57,649 bases of DNA. Origin: Patescibacteria group bacterium UBA924. Its GTDB lineage: Bacteria > Patescibacteriota > Microgenomatia > UBA1400 > PJMF01. The DNA lies in assembly GCA_002293725.1 (NCBI GenBank), contig DBDU01000006.1, positions 1 to 57,649 on the forward strand. Direction: 5' to 3'. Below the pieces are notes generated by a model. The model worked only from the letters and a program-made list of their open reading frames with translations, did not search any database and was not told the DNA's origin. Made by a program: the position numbers and the translations under genes. Shown one piece after another: positions 9,434 to 17,357 of this stretch (positions are counted from its first letter, which is position 1; the number at the start of each line of letters is the position of its first letter).

Positions 9434-10774
9434 TTACTGCTCTGCCCAAACTCCAATTCTTCCTACAAAGAAAATCGGTTCATTCGTTTCCACATCAGGA
9501 TAGGCAACATGGTAGATCTTTCCTGTTTCGTTTTGTACTACTTTAGTGAGAAAGTACTTCATCCCAAACTCACTGCCCATTGGTAGATCATAGATAACTT
9601 CACTCACAGACTGTTGGTGAAGATACTGTTGAACTTTCTGAATATTCCCCAAACTCAGACCCGTATCCTCAGACAGTAAACGAATGTTCATAAATAATGA
9701 GTAACCAACAAAGATGAACAGGAAGAAAAAAAGGTTCATTCTTGGTACATTTTTTAACACCTTTAAGACAATATATAAAAGAAAAGGTAAAGCAATTAAA
9801 AAGTAGTACTCAGGCTTCTCACCATGATAAAAAGCATAACTGACAGCGATCCCCATTAAACAAAGAAGGGTTAACCTTACTTCTTTGTTTTTTCGATAGC
9901 ACCATATCCCGGCAACAATCAGAAGCAGTCCACATAGAGTAATAGCTATCGTGGAACTACCAAAAAGAAAAAGTTTCCCAGTTGTTTCAATAATCACATA
10001 GATATTATGTGCAATATCGGAAATTAAGATTAATCCATTAAACTCACTCTTGGTAGAAATAAGATTAAGTAGCCCTCGCAAGTTAAGGAAGTTATGACGA
10101 ATGTCAAAGAGAACTGTGGGTAAAACACTGACTGCTAAAGAAAAGACAATCGCGGCATAGTACACAAGTGGTCTTTTAAGGTAAAACAGACAAGCAAATG
10201 CAATTGCTACTAGTAGTAGGCCCGAAAAGTGGGCTTGATAAGAAAGAAATGAGCCAATGCCAATACTCAGTAACGTTATCCGATCAATCTGTTTTGAGTC
10301 AGTTTTCAACAAAGGAATAATTAAAAGAAACGACGAAAGAAGAGTAAGATTGGGATTCCAAAAAACCCGATCGATGCTTATCAGAAATGGCGAAAAGGCC
10401 CAAATAAAAGTAGCTAACCATGCTTCTTTTTTTCCAATGTACTTCCTGATCAATCCAAAAAGACACATCCCTGTAATCAGTGCAATAACTAGCGGAACTA
10501 TAACGACTGTTTTGACTTCACCAAAAAAAGTAACAAAGGGAACAGCCAGATAGTAAATAAGTGGCCCCGTAAACATATCCGCTGGTCCCGTTCTAGGACC
10601 GATAAGTGTTACGTCTCCCTGACGAATGAGCTCTACACTTTCAAGGATCTGTACTTGGTCAAATCCAAAACTTACCGCCATTGGGTACAGACTACGCAGA
10701 AAGATTCCTGAGATAAGTAAAATCAGTAATGCTAAGTGACTCACAATGCTTTTGTTTCTCAAATGAGTAAACAT
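9434..10774 (-). CDS. GT-C fold (PMT/ArnT-like) membrane glycosyltransferase
   Basis: FGFDQ loop, LIGPRTG, GPLIYYL, FWNPN, QAHFS, LFDIRHNF; multi-TM. Confidence 0.75.
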   Translation of the reverse strand: MFTHLRNKSIVSHLALLILLISGIFLRSLYPMAVSFGFDQVQILESVELIRQGDVTLIGPRTGPADMFTGPLIYYLAVPFVTFFGEVKTVVIVPLVIALITGMCLFGLIRKYIGKKEAWLATFIWAFSPFLISIDRVFWNPNLTLLSSFLLIIPLLKTDSKQIDRITLLSIGIGSFLSYQAHFSGLLLVAIAFACLFYLKRPLVYYAAIVFSLAVSVLPTVLFDIRHNFLNLRGLLNLISTKSEFNGLILISDIAHNIYVIIETTGKLFLFGSSTIAITLCGLLLIVAGIWCYRKNKEVRLTLLCLMGIAVSYAFYHGEKPEYYFLIALPFLLYIVLKVLKNVPRMNLFFFLFIFVGYSLFMNIRLLSEDTGLSLGNIQKVQQYLHQQSVSEVIYDLPMGSEFGMKYFLTKVVQNETGKIYHVAYPDVETNEPIFFVGRIGVWAEQ

Positions 10775-10847
10775 ATTTTTAAATTATAACGAAAGATCAA
10801 TTTAAGTTGTTGGGATGTTACCGGCAACTGGTATACAATGACTTTTC

Positions 10848-11954
10848 ATGAAGCTAAAAGTACTCATTACACTCTCCTACCTTCTGCTCTTTGTCTTGGC
10901 ATTAGTTGAGTTAATAAAGTACCAAGGTGTAGTTCGCAACTACCTTCATGTAGAGTACTGGCTACTTTTAGTAGCATTTCTTGCTGGTGTATTAATCTGG
11001 AGAATCACTCAAAAAAGAGTTGACCAAACATGGTGGCTACTCAAAGTAAATAACACTGTCGTTCTGCCAGCCACTGCCTTCGCTGCAGTAGTGACGTTTG
11101 GATTAGAGAGCTACACCTATGCCAACTTTGTCTTCTCCACGTTTAAAATTAATCATCTTATTTTTGTAGATCTGATTCTGCTGAGCTTTCTTTTTAAAGT
11201 AGTTACCTCTACTTCAGCTGAGCTAAAAAAATGGGGACAGCTCTATCTTCTGATTGGTTTTCTGCTTATTTGTTTTTTTATCTATACTTACTACTACCCA
11301 CTCTTCGCACAAATCAGCTTGAATGCTAGCGGTCTCGACGATGACAATCTTATGGAATGGTTGCAAATACTCGTTCTGGGTATAGGAGTTATAACTTCCG
11401 CGTTATTGGCTAAAAAAGCAAAACAGTTGCCATTAAGAGTTTTATATATATTGGCGGCTCTTTTCTTTTTGGTTTTAGCCGGTGAGGAGATTTCATGGGG
11501 TGAGAGGCTATTGTCATTAAACTTTAGTGCTGATGTTAATAACTATCAAAATGAGTTTAATTTTCATAACCAATCTGGAGTTAATGAGATTACAGCACTT
11601 TTCTACTATATTGCCTTCTTGTATGCAGCTCTCAGTTGGGGAGTGAGAAAGTGGGTTGAGAAAAAAGGAAGTATTGCTAAGAAGTACCAATCCTACTGGA
11701 ATCTTTTTACTTTCCGAGGAGTAGAAGTTCTCTACCTTATACCAACCTTTATCTTCAATCCCTATGCAGATCGAACTCTTTTTCCACCCATTCCACCCAC
11801 TCTTAACATCTATGCTTCTCTAGGTCTTATTCCCGATTTTTATAAAACTTTATCATTCTTGGCAGCGTGGAGAGAGACGTTTGAAGTACTCTTCTATCTT
11901 GCTTTAGTACTCCACTTCTGGAACATCTTAAAATCTTCTCGAACGTCAACCTAA
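10848..11954 (+). CDS. Polytopic membrane protein, EEISWG-motif family (paralog of 4654..5664)
   Basis: DDNLMEW, AGEEISWGER, NYQNEFNFHN. Confidence 0.7.
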   Translation: MKLKVLITLSYLLLFVLALVELIKYQGVVRNYLHVEYWLLLVAFLAGVLIWRITQKRVDQTWWLLKVNNTVVLPATAFAAVVTFGLESYTYANFVFSTFKINHLIFVDLILLSFLFKVVTSTSAELKKWGQLYLLIGFLLICFFIYTYYYPLFAQISLNASGLDDDNLMEWLQILVLGIGVITSALLAKKAKQLPLRVLYILAALFFLVLAGEEISWGERLLSLNFSADVNNYQNEFNFHNQSGVNEITALFYYIAFLYAALSWGVRKWVEKKGSIAKKYQSYWNLFTFRGVEVLYLIPTFIFNPYADRTLFPPIPPTLNIYASLGLIPDFYKTLSFLAAWRETFEVLFYLALVLHFWNILKSSRTST

Positions 11955-11957
11955 AAC

Positions 11958-13031
11958 ATGAGTTTAAAACTAACACTACTGTTTGTGACCACTGCGGCTT
12001 CGCTGGTCATCTGTTTTTTTCTGACTGAGTTAGGTTTTCGCTTATATGGCTATTGGAAAGGAGTTGACTTTCGTCTCTATCGTAAAGAGCTGACTAACTC
12101 TGATCGCCTCCCTGAAGACTTATTTGTAGAAGGAGCGCTCAAACCAAATGCAGAAGTACTTGCAACTACTTCCGATTTCTCGGTTGTGTATGCGCTTAAC
12201 TCTTTAGGCTTCCGTGACCAAGAGTATGAGCTCCGCCCCCCCGAAGGGAAAACCAGAGTTCTTATGCTTGGAGATAGTTTTACTTTTGGCGAAGGTATCC
12301 CTTACGGTCAACGCTTTGATGACATACTTGAGAAAAAGCTTCCTTCACTTGAAGTTATCAACTTTGGTATTCCTGGATATGGGATCGATGGAATGTATAT
12401 GAAGTACATTCAAGTAGGCCGGAATTTACAGCCAGACTATGTGGTAGTTGTTTTAAACTCGCTTATCACGCAACGTTTTTCGTTAGATATTTTGCGAGAT
12501 GGAAAGGTCGATGTATCGTGGATTCAACCTGACCAGCTTCCTATCAAACCTCACGATGACGTCTACAGAAGGGACGATGAGCGGCTTAAAAATGCAATTC
12601 CTTTTTCTAAATCATCTTACTTTTTGTCTTATCTAGATTATCAGCTAACTGTCCGGAGACTTCGTAAGCAGATGACTCAATTTGATGAGGGATTTTGGAC
12701 TAGCACTCACGATGAATTTGAGCCTGAAAAGGATCTAGATACTGCAAACCAAGTAGACGAACGGACGATCTTAGTTTTGAATGCGCTGCGTGATGACGTA
12801 AAACAAGCGGGAGGGAAACTCGTTGTGATAAACATCGATGATCAGCTTTCCTTTGAAGAGGTCATGAGTCAGGTTGCTGACGTTCCTTACTTTAACTACC
12901 AACCTCGTCTTGTCGATTTAGCTCAAAAGCAACCCCTGACTTTTCGGTACGACTTGCACTACAACCCTCAGACAGCAGCTCAGATCGGTAGCTGGCTGAC
13001 TACTGACTTCGAAAGCCTCCTCCTTCGATAA
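11958..13031 (+). CDS. SGNH/GDSL hydrolase or acyltransferase, membrane-anchored
   Basis: NSLGFRD, MLGDSFTFG, INFGIPGYG, DLHYN. Confidence 0.85.
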   Translation: MSLKLTLLFVTTAASLVICFFLTELGFRLYGYWKGVDFRLYRKELTNSDRLPEDLFVEGALKPNAEVLATTSDFSVVYALNSLGFRDQEYELRPPEGKTRVLMLGDSFTFGEGIPYGQRFDDILEKKLPSLEVINFGIPGYGIDGMYMKYIQVGRNLQPDYVVVVLNSLITQRFSLDILRDGKVDVSWIQPDQLPIKPHDDVYRRDDERLKNAIPFSKSSYFLSYLDYQLTVRRLRKQMTQFDEGFWTSTHDEFEPEKDLDTANQVDERTILVLNALRDDVKQAGGKLVVINIDDQLSFEEVMSQVADVPYFNYQPRLVDLAQKQPLTFRYDLHYNPQTAAQIGSWLTTDFESLLLR

Positions 13032-13200
13032 TCGCAGCGCAGCTTATTCCTCGAGAAGAGAGAGCTTTTGCCATAATACTTGGCTAGTCATAGCATAGAT
13101 AAAAAAGCCCTGTTATACTCCCTGGATCAGAGATCTCTAAAAAAGATGAAGGCCAATAATTTGAGAATGTATAAAACTATCCTGCCAATCAACACTTCTT

Positions 13201-14037
13201 ATGAGCAATATTTTTGACTATATTCAACCTGGTTTAGGGATTAAACGAAAATTACGAAACTTCTCCATTCTGCTCAGTAGATACATAGACAACGGTTTAA
13301 TCTACAAATTGAGAAACGCGTTAAACAGTTACATAGAAAGAAAAATTATTAGCCACTATGGTGCGGATTATCGTTGGAGTGATGAAAAATCCCAAAATGT
13401 TGACTCTAAACACAGTAACTTAGGTTACGGTCTTGCGAACTATGCTCTAGTCAAGAATCTCAGGCCGAAGAGAGTTTTAGCTATCGGTTCAATGTACGGA
13501 TTTGTTCCGTATATGTTAGCTCGTGCTTGTCAGGAAAATGGCAAAGGCGTAGTTGACTTCGTTGATGCCGGCTTCGATATTGCTGATGACGTTCATAAAG
13601 ATAATCACTACTTTGGCCAAGGTTTTTGGAAAAAAGTTGATGCTAAACAGCACTTCTCGCTCTTTCTTGATCCTAAGTACATCACCACGAATGTCGAGAC
13701 TCTGAAAGATTTCTTAAAAAAGAACTCACATAAATATGATTACATTCATATGGATGGTGATCACTCTTATGCAGGATTGAAAAGAGATGTCGGTCTCTCC
13801 TGGCCACGCTTAGTAGAAGGTGGCATCATGGCAATTCATGATATTGAGTTTGATTATCAAGAACTCTTGAGAAAAAATAGTAATTTGCGAAAGGAAGCTG
13901 GCTCTTTAGAGTTTGGTGTTTCTAAGTTCTGGGAAGAAATACAAAAAACACATCCTTCAGCTATTTCCATCTCAAACAACTATTCTGGGCTGGGACTTCT
14001 ACAAAAGAGAAAAGTAAAGAAGTCTAAAAAAGCTTAA
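13201..14037 (+). CDS. Class I SAM-dependent methyltransferase (Methyltransf_24-like)
   Basis: VLAIGSMYG, DYIHMDGDHSY, GGIMAIHD, GVSKFWEE. Confidence 0.85.
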   Translation: MSNIFDYIQPGLGIKRKLRNFSILLSRYIDNGLIYKLRNALNSYIERKIISHYGADYRWSDEKSQNVDSKHSNLGYGLANYALVKNLRPKRVLAIGSMYGFVPYMLARACQENGKGVVDFVDAGFDIADDVHKDNHYFGQGFWKKVDAKQHFSLFLDPKYITTNVETLKDFLKKNSHKYDYIHMDGDHSYAGLKRDVGLSWPRLVEGGIMAIHDIEFDYQELLRKNSNLRKEAGSLEFGVSKFWEEIQKTHPSAISISNNYSGLGLLQKRKVKKSKKA

Positions 14038-14051
14038 TAAAAAATGTTTCC

Positions 14052-15383
14052 ATGAAAAATGTGTTTCCACATGTGGTGTTTTCTGGCAACTTAAACAATC
14101 CTTGCCTTGTATGTCACTTTAGTCAAATTAACGTGGGCTATGATCAGGTTGGGGTACTCTATGGTCGAGCCGGTGACGTTGTTGTCACAGTAGAACCTAT
14201 CGATCCTGAATACTTGAATTATCTTCATCAGTTAGGTTGGGAAACTGACAAGATGACATTTATTGCTGTTGGTGAACAACCAGAATACACTCTGAAATCT
14301 CTCCTTAATCATCGTTCGGTAAAAGCAGCTATTAAAGGAAAAAAACTACAGTACTTAAACACCTACTTTCAAGATATCGCCGCCGCGGAGATGGCAAACT
14401 CACTTAAACTTCCTTTTTATGGCAACGTAAATGTTGCGCAAAAGTATGTGACGAAAAGCCAGTTTCGGAAGTTAGCAAAAAAATTGAAGCTTCCCATCGT
14501 CGAAGGATTTGAAGACCTCTATACGCCAAAAGAGACTATAGCAGCGGTTGTGAAGATTTTTAAACTTGGTTACTCACAGGCATTGATTAAACTTAATGAA
14601 GGAACTGGAGGGTATGGGCAACTGGTTATTCATCACCAAGATTTTTCAAAGATGACTGCTAGTGAAAGACACCAGCTGGTGACTGATTTTTTCGCCGAAC
14701 ACCCCATCCTTAGACCAGAACAAGGAGCTGTTGTGGAGCGATTCGTTCCAGATGTAATTGCTTCAGTAGGTGCCTATGGCGAGCTGTATCCAGACCTCAA
14801 CTATAAATATCTCTTCATGCACGAGCTCTTGATCGATGGCGATACAGTCGGTATCGGTCACGTTTATCCTCCACCTCACGTAAAAAAGAAAATTAAAGAA
14901 CGATTAATTAATGATGTGGAACAGTTCTGTCGTTTTTTACAAAAACAGAAGTATGTGGGTCAGTGGGCATTTGATGTGATTATCTCCAAGAACGGTCAGT
15001 ACTTTTTTCCCGAAGTTACAATGAGAAAAATGGGTGGGAGCCTTCCACAGTTAGTTCGCCAGAAACTATTTCCAGACCAGAAAGTTACCTTTATTTCTCG
15101 TTCTACAGGATCGAAAAAACTTATCAATAGCTCATACTCTTTCCTCCACTTTTTGTTACAAGAAACCTTGCTCAATCAAAATAACAAAAAAGGCGTAGTG
15201 ATCTTCAATATCAGCAAGTTACTGCATGACGGAAAGTTTAGCTATGTATGTTTTGCACCTACGCTAAAAGAAGCAGAAAAGTATGTTACTGATGTTGAAC
15301 AAAAGATCTCTCAAATTAGCTGGAAAGATTCGCTTACTTTCTTGTTGCAACATCCGTTATCTCTAGTAAGAAAGTGGTCTTAA
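14052..15383 (+). CDS. ATP-grasp ligase with pre-ATP-grasp domain (peptide ligase PGM1-like)
   Basis: DVVVTVEPIDPEYLNYL, TKSQFRKLA, IKLNEGTGGYG, VVERFV, GQWAFDVI, FPEVTMRKMGG. Confidence 0.7.
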   Translation: MKNVFPHVVFSGNLNNPCLVCHFSQINVGYDQVGVLYGRAGDVVVTVEPIDPEYLNYLHQLGWETDKMTFIAVGEQPEYTLKSLLNHRSVKAAIKGKKLQYLNTYFQDIAAAEMANSLKLPFYGNVNVAQKYVTKSQFRKLAKKLKLPIVEGFEDLYTPKETIAAVVKIFKLGYSQALIKLNEGTGGYGQLVIHHQDFSKMTASERHQLVTDFFAEHPILRPEQGAVVERFVPDVIASVGAYGELYPDLNYKYLFMHELLIDGDTVGIGHVYPPPHVKKKIKERLINDVEQFCRFLQKQKYVGQWAFDVIISKNGQYFFPEVTMRKMGGSLPQLVRQKLFPDQKVTFISRSTGSKKLINSSYSFLHFLLQETLLNQNNKKGVVIFNISKLLHDGKFSYVCFAPTLKEAEKYVTDVEQKISQISWKDSLTFLLQHPLSLVRKWS

Positions 15384-15388
15384 CACGA

Positions 15389-15856
15389 CTACATTTTAGC
15401 TGCACCTATTTCCTCTAACTTTGCAATCAGTTCCTGATCACTAATCTGCATGAGGTCTATTCCTTCTCTGGCTGCAATCAGCATTCCCTCTACCATCCGA
15501 CGGAGCCTCCGCGCATCTTCTTTCCAAAGATGAGTAATAGTCACTTCTTTGTTAATACGTTGTCCACTGACGATACTTAGGGAGCCAAAAAGTAAGTCCT
15601 CAGTGGTACTTACGGAAACGATATCTTTTGCAAGATAGTTTTCTACTTCTTTGGAAAAGAAGAAAAAGGTATCAGAAATAGTTAACTTCTGTCTATCCAA
15701 AGAGATAGTACAAGGAAAAAATCGAAACGGAAATACCGTTTGAATAACCAACAAAGGTCGGGTACTGACCGTTTCTAACTGAGTCAACTTTTTTTGATTT
15801 TTTACTTTAACTTGCTGAGGTGTTGGCGGTGTCTGAACCGTGTTTATTTCTGTCAT
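15389..15856 (-). CDS. Hypothetical protein, bacterial PH-domain-like
   Basis: FPFRFFPCTI, DIVSVS, LLFGSLSI pattern. Confidence 0.55.
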   Translation of the reverse strand: MTEINTVQTPPTPQQVKVKNQKKLTQLETVSTRPLLVIQTVFPFRFFPCTISLDRQKLTISDTFFFFSKEVENYLAKDIVSVSTTEDLLFGSLSIVSGQRINKEVTITHLWKEDARRLRRMVEGMLIAAREGIDLMQISDQELIAKLEEIGAAKM

Positions 15857-15904
15857 AGCGTCCCTTTACGAAGTGAGCTTTCTTCTTATAATCCTTTGAA
15901 GTCC

Positions 15905-15942
15905 ACACAAATCAGGAAGAGTTTTGCAAGAGAATTGTAAGA
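15905..15942 (+). promoter_or_regulatory. 11-bp-period direct repeats (GnAAGA x3), putative OmpR-family binding site
   Basis: GGAAGA 15915, GCAAGA 15926, GTAAGA 15937, upstream of the response regulator. Confidence 0.5.
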
Positions 15943-15994
15943 TTCTCACAAAATGGCTTGATTCTAACTAGGAAGCACCTTAAGGTAAGAGCAT

Positions 15995-16684
15995 ATGAGT
16001 GTTATTCCAACCATTGTTGTTGTCGAAGACGATCAAGATTTATCGACCTATCTTCAGCAACTCCTCACCAATAAACGATATACCGTCTTCCCTGCTACCA
16101 CTGGAGCACAAGCCCTTCAACTAATCATGGAGGTACATCCTTCCTTAGTCCTCTTAGACTTAACCTTACCTGACATTCGGGGGGAAGTAGTTTGCCAAGA
16201 AATTAAAAAACTTATTCCTAAGTTACCTATCATTATGGTCACCGGTAAGGACGAGAAGAAAGACGTCATTGCCGGATTTTCTGCAGGCGCAGATGACTAT
16301 GTCACCAAGCCATTTGATAGTGATGAGTTACTGGCTCGTGTGCAAGCGAGATTAAAAGAACCAGAAGCACAGAGCACACTCACTTTTGCTGATCTCACTA
16401 TTAACACTGACACAATGGAAGTTACTCGTGCAGGGCGAAAAATTGAGCTGACGCATACCGAGTACTCGCTTTTACATTACTTTGCAGTCAATCCAAACCG
16501 CGTTCTCACCAGAGAGATGATTCTCAGTAATGTCTGGGCATTCACGCCAGATATTCAAACCAGAGTTGTCGATGTCTACATCGGCTACTTACGCAAAAAA
16601 ATTGACAGCAACTCTAAGCATAAACTCATCCACTCTGTTCGAGGCTTTGGATATATCTTAAAAGAAGACTCGCACTCCACTTAA
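15995..16684 (+). CDS. OmpR/PhoB-family DNA-binding response regulator
   Basis: VVEDD, LLDLTLP, GADDYVTKPF, LTREMIL, VVDVYIGYLRKKID, SVRGFGY. Confidence 0.95.
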   Translation: MSVIPTIVVVEDDQDLSTYLQQLLTNKRYTVFPATTGAQALQLIMEVHPSLVLLDLTLPDIRGEVVCQEIKKLIPKLPIIMVTGKDEKKDVIAGFSAGADDYVTKPFDSDELLARVQARLKEPEAQSTLTFADLTINTDTMEVTRAGRKIELTHTEYSLLHYFAVNPNRVLTREMILSNVWAFTPDIQTRVVDVYIGYLRKKIDSNSKHKLIHSVRGFGYILKEDSHST

Positions 16685-16923
16685 GATTTTTGTTTATCGT
16701 TGATACTCTCTAGCAGTACTTCTTTAGTAAAGTACTTCTCTACAGTATCCAAAATATGTTTCGCTCTGTCTTCAACTTTAGACAGGAACTCATCAGTTTT
16801 AGGATCTTGAGGATTTAGTTTCACTAGCTGGGTGAATGCGATAATGACGCTAATGTCATTCTTGAGGTCGTGACGAAGATTTTTTATTTTTTCAGCCTGG
16901 GCTGATTGGGAAGGTGTGCTCAT
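16681..16923 (-). CDS. Stand-alone HisKA/DHp-like small protein
   Basis: LRHDLKNDISVIIAFTQLV H-box plus second helix; no ATPase domain. Confidence 0.65.
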   Translation of the reverse strand: MSTPSQSAQAEKIKNLRHDLKNDISVIIAFTQLVKLNPQDPKTDEFLSKVEDRAKHILDTVEKYFTKEVLLESINDKQKS

Positions 16924-16959
16924 TCCTCTGATTGTACTGCAACATCGTTGGTTTAGAGC

Positions 16960-16999
16960 TCTTACAATTTTCTTACTCTTTCTTGGCTTTTTTTGTGAA
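16960..16999 (-). promoter_or_regulatory. Second copy of the GTAAGA direct-repeat site
   Basis: TCTTAC at 16960 and 16971, TCTTGG at 16981; shares AATTGTAAGA with 15933-15942. Confidence 0.5.
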
Positions 17000-17040
17000 T
17001 TACAGCTTTATTCTAAGAAAAAGTATAAAAAGGAGTGTAT

Positions 17041-17292
17041 ATGTCATTTATAGCTTGGATTCTGTTAGGACTAGTTGCCGGATGGCTAGCCTCAGTGATT
17101 ATGAAAACTGATTCTTCCCAAGGTCCTTTCCTCGACATTTTACTTGGGGTAGTTGGAGCAGTGATTGGTGGATTTGTCTTTAACTCATTGGGAATGGCGG
17201 GTGTAACAGGCTTCAACCTGTATAGTTTGGCAGTTTCTACCATTGGGGCAGTGATACTAATCGCACTAGGTCGAGCGCTCTCTTCAAGGTAA
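17041..17292 (+). CDS. GlsB/YeaQ/YmgE family stress-response membrane protein
   Basis: MSFIAWILLGLVAGWLAS...DILLGVVGAVIGGF; AGGAG SD. Confidence 0.92.
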   Translation: MSFIAWILLGLVAGWLASVIMKTDSSQGPFLDILLGVVGAVIGGFVFNSLGMAGVTGFNLYSLAVSTIGAVILIALGRALSSR

Positions 17293-17357
17293 GATCAACT
17301 GCGCAGAAGCTCATGTACCCACCCTGATGTGGGTATATGAGGTTCTATAATCCTTTT

